DNA of 63,919 nt, the filler included, from Octopus bimaculoides (Eukaryota): the NCBI RefSeq assembly GCF_001194135.2. It is 6 parts of 6 records of this genome, joined end to end, with 100 filler letters (N's around TTAATTAATTAA, not from the genome) between each part and the next. Parts side by side here need not be neighbours in the genome. Positions count along the whole stretch, not along the records: positions 36,737 to 53,234 come from NC_068986.1; 5 more parts are not named here. One strand, given 5' to 3'. Of the stretch, positions 38,576-53,334 are shown piece by piece. A program made the position numbers and the translations under genes. Positions within the stretch are counted from its first letter, which is position 1. Every line of letters begins with the position of its first letter. The notes under the pieces are model-generated. The model was given only the letters and a program-made list of their open reading frames with translations, was not told the DNA's origin and did not search any database.

Positions 38576-39107
38576 GCTAGACGTCTGAGAACATATTCCC
38601 CGGGAAACAATATTTCAAAAGTATAACATAACAAAAGAAACAACCATACAGCCATACAAACAAAAAAAAATAAACAAATGAATAATTAAACAAACAAACA
38701 AACAAACAAATAAATAAATAAATAAATAAACAGAAATGAGTGGTTGCATTTCCTCTCTTCTTGCGGAATTAATAACGACATTTGGAAGGAAATGTCTGAA
38801 GGCTTATGACATCTCATGAAAGTGGAGAACAATAAGATGAACTGAATAAATGTGACAGCCTGCCTACTCACGTGACTCTATGTACATATATGATTAAAAG
38901 CTGAACGTGACACTGGCTATTTATCTGTCATTGATACCGTGGTGTTCTTGTGATCTACATGCCAATGCCAGTTTAAAAAAAAAAAAAATACAAAAACAAC
39001 ACAAAATNNNNNNNNNNNNNNNNNNNNNNNNNNNNNNNNNNNNNNNNNNNNNNNNNNNNNNNNNNNNNNNNNNNNNNNNNNNNNNNNNNNNNNNNNNNNN
39101 NNNNNNN

Positions 39108-39139
<32 letters not shown>

Positions 39140-39280
39140 AACACAAACACATATATAAACGCACATTTATACACATAAATGCATGTATGTTCGTTTGTGT
39201 GTATGTGTGTGTGTGTATATGCACACAAACATACACACTTTTAAATCTACATATAGATATATTTTATACCCATGACTTCT

Positions 39281-39342
<62 letters not shown>

Positions 39343-41925
39343 GCAAGAACTAGAACAGCGACCCAAGTTACAGCAGCAGCAAGCCTTAAACAATATAGTA
39401 TGTGTCCTGCGATTAGTTGCACGTGTATTTATCCAGGGCTGTATGTCTATCTATCTACGTATATATCCATGCATGTATGTATGTATGTATGTATGTATGT
39501 ATGTATGTATGTATGTATGTATGTATCTATCTATCTATCTATCTATCTATCTAGCCATCTGTCTGTCTATCCCTCCCTCTCTCTATATATGCGCGCGCGT
39601 GTGTGCAGCTATATGTGCAGACCCCCACACACACACNNNNNNNNNNNNNNNNNNNNNNNNNNNNNNNNNNNNNNNNNNNNNNNNNNNNNNNNNNNNNNNN
39701 NNNNNNNNNNNNNNNNNNNNNNNNNNNNNNNNNNNNNNNNNNNNNNNNNNNNNNNNNNNNNNNNNNNNNNNNNNNNNNNNNNNNNNNNNNNNNNNNNNNN
39801 NNNNNNNNNNNNNNNNNNNNNNNNNNNNNNNNNNNNNNNNNNNNNNNNNNNNNNNNNNNNNNNNNNNNNNNNNNNNNNNNNNNNNNNNNNNNNNNNNNNN
39901 NNNNNNNNNNNNNNNNNNNNNNNNNNNNNNNNNNNNNNNNNNNNNNNNNNNNNNNNNNNNNNNNNNNNNNNNNNNNNNNNNNNNNNNNNNNNNNNNNNNN
40001 NNNNNNNNNNNNNNNNNNNNNNNNNNNNNNNNNNNNNNNNNNNNNNNNNNNNNNNNNNNNNNNNNNNNNNNNNNNNNNNNNNNNNNNNNNNNNNNNNNNN
40101 NNNNNNNNNNNNNNNNNNNNNNNNNNNNNNNNNNNNNNNNNNNNNNNNNNNNNNNNNNNNNNNNNNNNNNNNNNNNNNNNNNNNNNNNNNNNNNNNNNNN
40201 NNNNNNNNNNNNNNNNNNNNNNNNNNNNNNNNNNNNNNNNNNNNNNNNNNNNNNNNNNNNNNNNNNNNNNNNNNNNNNNNNNNNNNNNNNNNNNNNNNNN
40301 NNNNNNNNNNNNNNNNNNNNNNNNNNNNNNNNNNNNNNNNNNNNNNNNNNNNNNNNNNNNNNNNNNNNNNNNNNNNNNNNNNNNNNNNNNNNNNNNNNNN
40401 NNNNNNNNNNNNNNNNNNNNNNNNNNNNNNNNNNNNNNNNNNNNNNNNNNNNNNNNNNNNNNNNNNNNNNNNNNNNNNNNNNNNNNNNNNNNNNNNNNNN
40501 NNNNNNNNNNNNNNNNNNNNNNNNNNNNNNNNNNNNNNNNNNNNNNNNNNNNNNNNNNNNNNNNNNNNNNNNNNNNNNNNNNNNNNNNNNNNNNNNNNNN
40601 NNNNNNNNNNNNNNNNGATTCCTGGACCGGGCTGCGTGTTGTGTTTTTGAGCAAGACACTTTATTTCACGTTGCTCCAGTTCACTCAGCTGCAGAAATAA
40701 GTTGCGACGTTACTGGTGCCAAGCTGTAATCAGCGCTTTTGCCTTTCCCTTGGATAACATCGGTGGCGTGGAGAGGGGAGGCTGGTATGCATGGGCGACT
40801 GCTGGTCGTCCATAATTTCGCCGGTGAGTCTACTTTCCACCCAGACTTGTGTCCCGGAGGGGAACCTCTTAGGTGCACCCATGGTCATTTGTGACCGACG
40901 GAGTCAAGTTATGTATGTGTGTGTGTATATGTGAGTGTGCGTGTGCATATGTATATGTGTGCGTGTGTGTGTTTGTGTGTGTATGTGTATAAATATCTCG
41001 TATGTATTGTTAGGTGTACAATTACTAGTTTTGGGTTTAGTGTTCCATCTAAGTTAACATTATCCAGTCTGCTTCCAGTATAGTGGTTTGGTTATTATGA
41101 TACTTAAATTTATTAATAGCTACAGAAGAAATGTAGGAGAAATTACGAGAAGCAAAAGTTTATATAATTTGTTCCTTACGTATGTTTCACTATTGGGGTT
41201 GTCTAGAACCGCTGCATTAGATATTTCAAGTGCAGTTAGATGCTTCATTACAACATATCATCACAGCCTTATTGTAAAATCTCTATGCGACCATGTACTG
41301 GTTGCATACCCATCACGTTTTGCATATTCCATTTGCTAATTATGGACATTAAGATTATTACGTACTTCCGAACTTCCAGAAACAGCTGTCGAGCAAATAA
41401 AAACTTATGCATTCTTTCCTTAGTATTCTGTATTATTTTATGTTCTTTGTAAATATATTTGTCTTTATTGCTAAATATTTATTTGTTTCTGCATATGTGT
41501 TTATCTTCTGAATATACTTAGCCATATGTATCTATCGATATATATATNNNNNNNNNNNNNNNNNNNNNNNNNNNNNNNNNNNNNNNNNNNNNNNNNNNNN
41601 NNNNNNNNNNNNNNNNNNNNNNNNNNNNNNNNNNNNNNNNNNNNNNNNNNNNNNNNNNNNNNNNNNNNNNNNNNNNNNNNNNNNNNNNNNNNNNNNNNNN
41701 NNNNNNNNNNNNNNNNNNNNNNNNNNNNNNNNNNNNNNNNNTATATATATATATATATATATATATGTCTTTGTATATATGTAGGTGTATCTATATGTGT
41801 ATATGTATATATGCTTATATATACCAAATTTGAATCATATTTATCTGAATCATTATCTCTCGCTCTCTTTTTGTGTCTCTGTGAATATACGCACGCACAC
41901 ACACACACACAAAGAAACGCACACA

Positions 41926-42031
<106 letters not shown>

Positions 42032-43513
42032 TACGTACGTAAACGCTTAAGTGTATCCAAACAGAAAATTTAACACTATTTGTGTTAGGTTTTTCTCCAA
42101 TAATCGTTCTTTTAATTTTTTTTACAGCTGTATATCTATATTTTAAATCCTTTTAACATTTCTTTTTTTCAATTAACTCCATCGTTTTCCTTTAAATATG
42201 TCGTTCCTACAACACCCCTTGTAAAGAAGCCTTACCCTCTGTACCATTAGTATACGTTTTTTATTTTAAAGATATTGAGTGATTTTTGGAGTATTTTTGT
42301 TAGTTATTGATTTGCTGATTTAGTGTTTTTATTTTTACTTTTTTTGTCACAACTCCTGAATATGTATATATAATGGGTTTATAAATTCTTCTCTTCGCAT
42401 TTCTCTGAAGAGCATTTTTAGAGAGAGAGAGAGTGTGTGTGTGTGTATCTGTGTGTATACGTGCATACTATGCATAAATATATAGACTTAGACATCGTAT
42501 ACATACATAAACATACACACGCATACATACACATATAAGCATGTACGTCCGGTTGGTTATGTCACCATACCTTCAAAAGTAGACCATTATGCAAACACAC
42601 AAGATTACTTCGAATATAAAACACCACACGCACAAAATTGCATGTGTGTGTATGTATCAAGTGTGTATGTGTATGTGTGCGTGTGCGTGTGTGTGTGCGT
42701 ATGTTCGTGTCTTTGCACATACGTATGTATATGTATATGTGTATGTAGGTTAGTTTGGAAAGTAAGTATATGTGAATATGAATTTCCCATGCGATTTGTA
42801 TAGCTTGCAAATCTGTGCGAATGAATGCATTCAGATATATTTAAATGGTATTGCAAATTTCAAACAGAGAGGGGAGAAAGAGAGAGAGGGGCAGAGAGAG
42901 AGAGAGAGAGAGAGAAGGGGAGAGAGAAAGGGGAGAGAGAGAGTATAAAAGAAGGAGAGAGTATAAAAGAAAAAAAGGATGAAGAAAGAGTTTTGAAAGA
43001 GAACAATAAAGAATGAGAGAAAGGCGAGAATGAAAAGAAAACAGAATTTCGAATTTTGAATTTTTTCGTTTATTTCTTTCTATTGCNNNNNNNNNNNNNN
43101 NNNNNNNNNNNNNNNNNNNNNNNNNNNNNNNNNNNNNNNNNNNNNNNNNNNNNNNNNNNNNNNNNNNNNNNNNNNNNNNNNNNNNNNNNNNNNNNNNNNN
43201 NNNNNNNNNNNNNNNNNNNNNNNNNNNNNNNNNNNNNNNNNNNNNNNNNNNNNNNNNNNNNNNNNNNNNNNNNNNNNNNNNNNNNNNNNNNNNNNNNNNN
43301 NNNNNNNNNNNNNNNNNNNNNNNNNNNNNNNNNNNNNNNNNNNNNNNNNNNNNNNNNNNNNNNNNNNNNNNNNNNNNNNNNNNNNNNNNNNNNNNNNNNN
43401 NNNNNNNNNNNNNNNNNNNNNNNNNNNNNNNNNNNNNNNNNNNNNNNNNNNNNNNNNNNNNNNNNNNNNNNNNNNNNNNNNNNNNNNNNNNNNNNNNNNN
43501 NNNNNNNNNNNNN

Positions 43514-43569
<56 letters not shown>

Positions 43570-46500
43570 AATAGAAAACCGAACGAGTATCTGTAGGAAG
43601 AAAGTCTCCGAATAGGTGAATAACTTTTAACTAAAAACTAAAATATCTATAGAAAGTACTGAAATATCGGTCAGCGCAGGCATATCTGAACTTACGATGA
43701 TAATTAGTTCCAAGAGATGCGACTTAACTTGAAAAACGACAACATTATTAGCTTATATCTGTTTCAACAAATGCTTTGTACATATTTTCACATGTATTTC
43801 ATTTGATTTTCCCCTTCAGTATCGGTTTTTAGATGCTTTTAAAATCCATTTTTGTGGATTTAAGTATTTTCGCCGAGACTAACATTTACGTCGGATAAAT
43901 CGATTGCTGTTATGGTTTATTCTTTGCATTACTGTCTTAAGAAAACGACGTGATGCTAAAAGAGACGTAAGTTGAGGCATGCTTGTTTCTTGAAAATAAA
44001 TAAATAAATAAATGAGAGAAGAGAATAATTGATTGTCTGCTACTGACAGAACAAAAAGAATAATGCAAAAGTTAACGGGAAAGAACATGAGAAAAAATTT
44101 CAAAATTTCGAGAAAAATACAAAGACGTATTGAAAATATTTTTTGTAATGCAAGCAAAAAAAAAAAAAAAAGGTCGTCAAATTTATTTCTAAAACTATTT
44201 TTTATTCTTTACTTGTTTCAGTCATTTGACTGCAGCCATGCAAGAGCACCACCTTCAAGGGTTTTAGTTGAAAAAATCAACCCCAGTACTTATGTTTTTT
44301 TCTTTTACGTCTGATACTTATTGTATCGCATTATCTTTTACCGAATTGCTAAGTCAAACAGACGTAAACGAACCAACACGATTTGTTAAATGGTAGTGGG
44401 AACAAACAAAATCAAAGCACAAAGACATAGCCACACACAGACAGACAAGCACACACACACATACACACACACACGCACATACACATATGATGTAAATATT
44501 GGCTTCAAATTTTGTCACAAGGCCAGCAATTTCGGGAGAGTGGGCAAGTCGATTACATCGATCCTAGTGATCAACTAGTACTTATTTTATCGAAGATGAA
44601 AGGTAAAGTCGACGTCGGCGGAATTTGAGCACAGAACGTAACGACGGACGAAATGCTGCTAAGCATTTTGCCCGGCGTGCTTACGATTCTGCCTGCTCGC
44701 CACCTTAATATATATGAATGTATGTAAATATTAAGGAAAAATGTATCATTCTATCAAATTGAGAGAGAAAAAAATTATTAAATTTAATAACCCAGTTATC
44801 AGTACAAAAGAGGTATGAAAGCAAAGAATGAGACACTTATGATCATAAAATAAGCAAAGCAAATACTCATAAAAAATCCGAGCAGAGATCCCAAGAGTAC
44901 ATCCTAGACGGGTATTTATGTCAATTCCAGAGGAAATATATCAATATGTTACAGTAAGTCAAACAAATGAAACAGACATTTAGTTAGATTAACAGACCCC
45001 TCAACTTGTAAGTAACTACTTCAACCTTAAACTAAAAAAAAAGTAATTTAGTTCGATGTAAAAATTAAAAGTTAAACAGGGCACATGAAGTTAAGTATTA
45101 GTAAGGCACTTAAGCTGTTATGAGCTTGTAAAATCTATACATTTCCAAAGGAAAAAAAAAAACGTACGAGATCAAAAGCAAATAATATAATTAATAATTT
45201 GCAAGCATACTGACTGCAAAAAAAAAAAAAATCAGTATATAAATCTAGGTCAAATAGTCAGAAATAGAAACGCATGTAAGTGTACAACATTTAGAGTAAG
45301 ATAGGATCAAGATAGAAATATAGCATAAATATATTGAGCAGGATACATGCATGTATCAAGATACGCCCACATATACAGTTACTGAGAATTTAATGAAATA
45401 TACAAGAAGGAGTCAATGAACAGAAACCAGAAAAAATAAATGTAGTTAAATCAGGACAATTCAGAGTGTAGGTAGAGAAAAAAGGCACTAATTTGTGACT
45501 ACATTTTGTAAGTTCTTCAAGAGTTGAATCGGTTATGGTAGTTTCATGTTATGTATAGAAGAGAAAAATATTCATTATAGAAAATCAGCACAGAAAATCA
45601 AAAGGCAATTTATTGCACTTGAAAATTTAGAATAGTCATTAAAATCTTATAATTGCACAAAGTTTCTCTGGTGAGTTTTAATTTAGTAAAGGCGCTTTGG
45701 CAAAACTATTTCAAGCCCTTCGTTTATATAAAAGTCACATAATTTCTTCTCTTCTGTGTGGTTTAGCTTTTTGTGTATATTTGCGCGTTCCTATCCTTCG
45801 ATATTTGTATACACTCCGAAAGTGTGGTATTTATTTTTCACAGTTTCTGAAGGAATAGATATGAGAATAGTTATTAATTTCAAAGCTGTTAGCAGTAAGT
45901 CTAATACAAACTCCTTGTCGCTATTCTACTGCCTGTTAGCAAATTGTCAAATAGAAACAGAAGTAATAACTTCCAACTCATCATGACTCCTATCTCTAAG
46001 AATAGAATTGACATCCCTTCACTGCTACTACACTGCTCCTTTCCATGTTTTTCTTCCGACTCAAGACTAAAGGCCTTTATAAATGTATATGTGTGTATGT
46101 ATATACGATAAACAATCGTCTGATTAAAATCCATCATCTTCTCAACTATTCGGCCAATATTATGCTGTCATCTATCCACATTCACACTGAGTAATCCCTC
46201 TTTCCTGCCTGGAGGACAGGCCATACACACTTAGGAAACACAAGAGAAACAGGCTACTTGATCAGTCCAAATATTACATTTTACAACAGTATCGAGTATA
46301 TTTCTCCCGTTCGCTAATACTTACGCGCACACACATACACACACGCGCGCGCGCGCACACTCGCACGCACGCGTGCGCGTACACACATACGCATTACTGA
46401 TCGCTTCACTGTGTTAGCGGTCACGATACTATCAAGTAAATGAATTAAGCTTATCACAGAGGATTGACACACCCAACCGTCCATAGTTGATTGTTAAAGA

Positions 46501-48319
46501 AGAGTGTAGGAATAAATACAGTAGTAGATAAAGAAATAAATCTAAACTGAAAGAAAGACGGAAAGCAAGAAAGTTAACGAAAAGGAGGTAGAAAATGGAA
46601 GAAGAAGAAGAAGAAGAGGGTAGACAGAAGGAACGAGAATAATTAGAAGAAAGATGAGAAAAGTAAGGAAGAGTAATGGAAAGGTTCTCTAGAGTATTAC
46701 CAGATTCATTTCATTATACATAAATACATACGTATACGTATGTGTGTGTGTATTTGTTCGTTTGTGTGTGTGCGTGTGTGTATATAAAACCAACAATCTC
46801 AACAATATACAGATAAAATAATAAATAAAAACATATTTAAGATATTCGTTTATATAAGAACAGTAAGACGTAAGTTATAGCTGAATCCAGGACAGCTGCA
46901 GTTTAATATTTATTTAATTGTCTGATAGATTGATAGAAAAAGATGATGGATAGGCAGAAGCGGAATGATGGATTGAGCAAAAGTGATGGATAGCCGAAAG
47001 ATGTTGCATTGGCAGAAGTAGTTTGGTGGAAAAATAGAAACAATGGAGTGTCGAAGAAAATGCCTTGCGTTGTTGAGTTCCGTCGCTTAACATCGAAGTT
47101 GAAATCTTATCGAATTGACTTGATCTTCAAAGCGTCGATAAGATTATATGAAATTAGTAAAGATCAGTGGTCTATTAAATTGGCTATATTGTCGGTTTTA
47201 GACTCTGCGATGACAGGCATTTCATTTAGCGGATAGTCTTTATTATCATCTTAAATGCTTTGAAATCTCGCTTAGCTTTGGTCGCCAGAAAAGCAGTACA
47301 CAACTCCAACGTCGTCGGTGTTATCACAAGGGACTATAATAGAAATTAATGTTTAGAATGCGCACACACGCACGCGCACATACATGCACAAACTTTGGTT
47401 GGAGGTTGCAATTTCGGGGTGGATTGGGTGGGGGCAAGTCGATTATATCCACTCCAGTACATAACTGGTACTTATTTTATCGACCTCAGAAGGATGAAAG
47501 ACAAAGTTGACCTCGGCGGAATTTGAACTCAGAACGTAAAGACAGACGAAATACCTCTATGCATTTTGCCTGGCGTGCTTAAGATTCTGCCAGTTCACCC
47601 ACTTATACATCCACAATATTAAATAACAATTTGCAATATTTGTCAGGATGAGCTATGTTTCAAACGTGACAGACAGTGTTTACAGATTACAGCGCAATTA
47701 GTTTTTAATTCCTTCCTCAACTCCCAGACATCACAGTTACTCAGTTTCATTTACGTATAGTAGAACAACGGGAAATGAAATTCATTGCTCAAGGCTACAA
47801 TCCGCTGTCTGATCCAAGAATCGTAGCCATGACCTAACTATCGTGAACCCAACATCTTAAGCAATAGATTATACGTATTCGCACTTATCATTGTGTTGAA
47901 GCTACACGAGCTTTGAATACATTAATACGTTACAACACTTACAAACTCAATCTAGGTTTTGAAGATTAACATGATTTTAATTAAAGGCTGCAACTATATT
48001 CCTATGGAGAATAAATGAATTTATATGTATATAAATTAAATCTAAATAAGAATATATTCCCACCATTAATCGGAAGCGATTTCTGTTTTATATATGTGTG
48101 TATGTGTGTCTGAGTGCGTGTTGTGTGTGTGTGTGTGTGTGTGTCTGTGTCTGTGTGTACATGTGTGTGTGTAGGAGTGTAATCTCATATACACACAAAA
48201 ATACATATTTGTGTGCGTAAATATATATATAGGTAGGTAGATAGATAGATAGATAGATAGATATGATATATATGTGTATGTGAGTGTGTGCATATAGATA
48301 GATAGATAAATATTTATAT

Positions 48320-48357
<38 letters not shown>

Positions 48358-49574
48358 CGTACACTCTCACATGCATACATACATACCTTATAAAAAGCTG
48401 CGGGACGCCTGATTACGTCTCTGAAATTCCTAATTTACAGTGTCGTGGACGAAGTACACGCGTAACATTTTAATTCGTAGCTCTAAGCCAGATTTATTCC
48501 TCCCTTTACAAACTAGTAGATTAATTCAACCAGCAGGATATTAGAATCTTTGAGTTTGCCAGCTTACTAATGAATCAATTTCCACACTATTTTCATAATC
48601 ACAAAGTGTAAGAGGTAAGCTCCCATTGAGACTGTTTCCCGATTAGGTTTCGATTTCTTATTGGAAGCCAAAATCATTTCGCTTACATCACTAATACTCT
48701 GGGGGAATTGTATGAATTTCATGTAATCTCATTCCCACTTTCTCTGAGCCGTGTTTTATTAATTGATTCGCTTTAGTTTTATGGTGTAAATTTTAGTGGG
48801 AAACGTGGTAGTCCACCAGTCTGGGTATTGAGTGTCTACATCCAGAGTAGGGATTCGGTCTGAGATTCACTCGATACTTTTGTGTTCAGGTTCATACTGT
48901 AATAACATATGAGTCAAGATTATTTCGTTTTTTTTTTCTAGGCAGTACAGGTGCTAACATATTTGGCAAACCAAATGATCGACTAGGGCAGTAAAATCTG
49001 GGCATGCCGCACAAATTCTGAGTAACTTAAAATTACAGCAATGATCAGATGGCAATAACAGAGAAAACCTGGCACTTACTGTAAAAAGATAACTAAAGAG
49101 ATTACTAGAAATTATGATGCCAACGCGTGCCAGCACATATGGTGAAAAATATGATAGTGGTATCTCTCGTTACTTATTAATCATAATTTGTTTTGAGTGA
49201 GCTATTTTCCTTGAGCTTCTTACAGCAGGTTATAAGTTATTTCTGTTTAATAATTTCATGTATCAGTAATTATAGTTATTATTGTTTTTTATAACTATCA
49301 CATGCTAAATTAGTTAGCAGGGATGATGTTGTTTTGAGGTTTGTTTTCAAAATGTCTCGTCAAATCTCAGGAATCTTTCTTAGGAGTCTTACAGAATACA
49401 GGATTGCACTTACAGAATACAGGATGGTTTCAATTCGAGTTTCAATTCCAGTATCTTTCAGCCGCTTAGGTAGAAGTTTGGGTTGTTTTGTCAAGTACAC
49501 CATTTACTATAAGCATAATTGACACATCAGTCATCCACAATCTCGTCATCTCTCTGCCTAAGTCCTGATATTTC

Positions 49575-49656
<82 letters not shown>

Positions 49657-49866
49657 GGCGGCGAGCTGGCAAAAACGTTAGCATGCGGGGCGAAATGCTT
49701 AGCGGAATTTCGTCTGTCGTTACGTTCAAAGTTCAAATTCCGCCGAGGTTGATTTTGCCTTTCATCATTTTTGTGTTGATAAATTAAGTACCAGTGAAAC
49801 ACTGAGGTTGATATAATCGACTAGTCCCCTCCCGCCAAAATGTCAGGCCTTGTGCCTTTAGCAGAA

Positions 49867-49899
<33 letters not shown>

Positions 49900-50325
49900 T
49901 AGTTTTATTTTTATAACGTGCTTTCACTTCACTACCGAGCGCAGCTCTGTGCGCCTTGGGTATGTGCTGTGGTTTGCTGTGGTGCTCTTATGTTTACTGT
50001 ATTGAAAGTGTTTTGCGTAGAATGTGTGCAGTACCNNNNNNNNNNNNNNNNNNNNNNNNNNNNNNNNNNNNNNNNNNNNNNNNNNNNNNNNNNNNNNNNN
50101 NNNNNNNNNNNNNNNNNNNNNNNNNNNNNNNNNNNNNNNNNNNNNNNNNNNNNNNNNNNNNNNNNNNNNNNNNNNNNNACCTTGTGCCTATAGTAGAAAG
50201 AATGGGTCGACTTTGCCTTTCATTCTTCCGAGCTAAATAAAATAACTTCCAGTTAAATACTGGAGTTGATTTAATCGACATAACCTCTCTCCCGAAATTG
50301 CTGGCTTTATGCCAAAATTTGAAAC

Positions 50326-50446
<121 letters not shown>

Positions 50447-50856
50447 CTTTGATAAATTTAATATTCAATGAAAAAGAAGTGGAGTTAAAGGATATATTTT
50501 ATTTTGTCTCTATGTACGCTAGTTTCTAATGCATCATTTGACATGTTAGAGATTTTCTACTAATATTATTGACTAGACATTTGAAAACTATGGATGGGTG
50601 GCTGAAATCTACGTTAATATTCGCAAAGCGTTTACAATACTCAACTAAGTGATAATTGTTATTTTTAGGTCAATGTTATTAAAAGTACTGATTAAAACTT
50701 TTCTAAGTTTATCTAATGTGGTCATGAATTTACTTTTAAACGTTCCAAGGATATTTTATCTAAATGAAGTGTTTACTATCATAATAGGTTTACTTATCTA
50801 ACCCTCGTTTTCAAGGCAATGTTGTACTATATATACAATACAAAGATACAAATGCA

Positions 50857-51068
50857 TACGAGGTGGTGTGGAAATTTCCTGGCTTTGGATAAAAGAAAAT
50901 ACAGGAGGATCATTTAATTATGATTTTATTCAATACACTCCTCTCAGATTCATACACTTATTGCAGCAGTCCTTTTTGTAATTTCTGTAGAAGAACTCGG
51001 ACGGTTGGATCTCCAACTAGGCCTTTCGTGATACCCTTAAAGCCAGGAACTTTTTAGCACCCCTCGTA
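50857..51068. mobile_element. mariner-type MITE
   Basis: TIRs TACGAGG.GGTG..GAAA.TTCCTGGCTTT / AAAGCCAGGAACTTTTTAGCACCCCTCGTA with terminal TA. Confidence 0.8.
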
Positions 51069-52174
51069 CATCATTAAAATATCTAATTACTTCATCACAA
51101 CTTTAAGCGAGTTCAAACGAAGTAAGTCACCTCCAAATAATTATAATTGATAATTAACAAGCAATGATCTATGCCCCATTTACTGAAGGTTAGGTTATTA
51201 AACAAGTACAAGTAGAAGACATTTGGTTGGTACATGCATTGAAAACTGGGGCACCGTGACAAAGCCATGTTGTTGTTGTTATTGGTGGTGGTGGTGCTTA
51301 GCTTCAGTTCAGCCTCAGCTGTGCGGACTTAAAAACAAAGGAGTCCCAGCTATAATCATCGTTATCTATTTGTATATCTAGGGCTGCATAATCTAGAATA
51401 TTCTTCCTTTTGTAAGATGTGATTTGAAGAGAAACTCATGTTTTGTTTAATAAGGTCAAACGATTGCGTGGAAGTTTTCTTGTTGGCAATATTATATTTT
51501 TATTGTTGTTCTTGTTTAGTCGAAGGTGCGTGGCCTAGTGGTGAAGATGTTGCGCTCACAGTCGTAAAATCTTTGCTCCAGTTCACTCACCTGTAAATGA
51601 GTTCCAGTAGTAGCTGTGAAGTTAACTCTACAACTCAGCGTCACAGTCAGTGGGGTTGGTGGTAATAGAAAGGGTTCTAGTCTCAGTCACGTATATGCCA
51701 TGCAAGCTGGGTTAAGCTCCGACGTTATGATTCCTAATGCTCATCAGAGACCTACTAACCATTTTGTTCAACACAGGGCAAGTTACAAGGACGTTTCAGC
51801 TACAATCAGCCCATCGCTTTGTTTTTTAGTCATTGCGTATTCTGGATTACATTATCAAATGTTTCGTCCATTTTTGTAAAACTGTAGGGCGTGATTTGAG
51901 GGAGACGTGTCTTATATTTCTAGTTTGATGCACGACCATACAAATTTACTGGGAAATTTACGTATCAAATAAAGCTGGACTTGAAAATCTTCGAGAGGGT
52001 CGTATCTAACTTTGTTCTGTTAAGGAAGATCTTGTCAACTATTTATACTTCTACCGTACAACGCTCAGTAATGTCAAGCCTATTGTTCTGAAAATGACTA
52101 TCCAACTGTCTAACTGTCTCTCCATTCAGTTACATGTATGGATATTAGACTATGTTTACATACATACACACACG

Positions 52175-52232
<58 letters not shown>

Positions 52233-52793
52233 TAAATGCATGACTGTGCCCAAGTTTTATCTTTTTGTTATTTTAGATTTTATTTGCATTTTCTTATTAG
52301 TATTTTTCGTAGTTAGTTTGGAAAGATCAAGTTCCTAACTTCATATTCGTCATCGCCAAACCTTCACAGTCTCGTTTTCAAGAACTGAATATGTTTAGTA
52401 TTTGTGTTGTTCATTTATACTGGCTGAATTCCTATAAAATTTCCCACCAAAGTTGTTTTTTTACCCTTTAGCCTCATACGTCTACTGATATATGTTGATT
52501 TTCTTGTTGCGGTCAAATTTTCGAAGACTCGTTATGCTTTTATTAAAAGGAGTTATGACAAAATATTACTCCACTCACCACAAAACAACCTTAGATGGGA
52601 GAATACAACAGAATAATACGTAAATACTATGAATTTCTCATAAAAATAGAAGATTAATCATAGACACCATACTTATATTGCAATTCAATGGCAAAATAAA
52701 CACGCCCATAAAAATATTAACACGTTGCTACTGCTATAAAAATCAAATACTTGTTTCAGCCTGGGAATAAAAACCATCAAAGGTAACAATTAT

Positions 52794-53197
52794 TTAAAAT
52801 TATAATTTAGGGTATCTAAGAGATACCGCCACGACGAAAATAGCAGTCAAATCTTGACTCTAAACCACAATAAATGTTCATATAGCACCAAGAGCGAAGA
52901 CGAAGAGACAAAATAAACTAGCAAAAATTACTGGATAATTCCAGATCCCAGATTTCTGGCTTTGCATAAGAAATACTTTGCCTCATCAGTGGAATACACC
53001 CAGGAAAGCACATAAATACAAATATATATATATAACGTACGATATACTTACATATACGAACGTATACATACATACATATGCACGTATGCACACGACCAGT
53101 TTAAATTGCACGAACATTTACTGTGGTTTAGAGTCAAGATTTAACTGCTATTTTCAGCGTGGCGGTATCTCTTAGATACCCTATATTATAATTTTAA
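52794..53197. mobile_element. Non-autonomous TIR element with ~85-bp TIRs and TTAA at both ends
   Basis: Left TTAAAATTATAATTTAGGGTATCTAAGAGATACCGCCACG...TAAATGTTC matches the reverse complement of the right arm with about 5 mismatches. Confidence 0.85.
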
Positions 53198-53234
53198 TTA
53201 TATGTATATATATTTCGAATTACGAATTAAAACC

Positions 53235-53334
53235 NNNNNNNNNNNNNNNNNNNNNNNNNNNNNNNNNNNNNNNNNNNNTTAATTAATTAANNNNNNNNNN
53301 NNNNNNNNNNNNNNNNNNNNNNNNNNNNNNNNNN
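53235..53334. other. Artificial 100-bp spacer
   Basis: Linker at 53279-53290. CpG content drops immediately after it. Confidence 0.95.

Noticed and set aside
39272-39400. MTSN-polyHis-polyGln ORF followed by GTATGT
   Set aside because: It is explained by a (CAT)n(CAG)n microsatellite; no acceptor, partner exon or domain was found.
48400-48465. AGRLITSLKFLIYSVVDEVHA*, resembling DExH helicase motifs
   Set aside because: Motif spacing is too short, there is an immediate stop, and no other helicase motif is nearby; likely chance.
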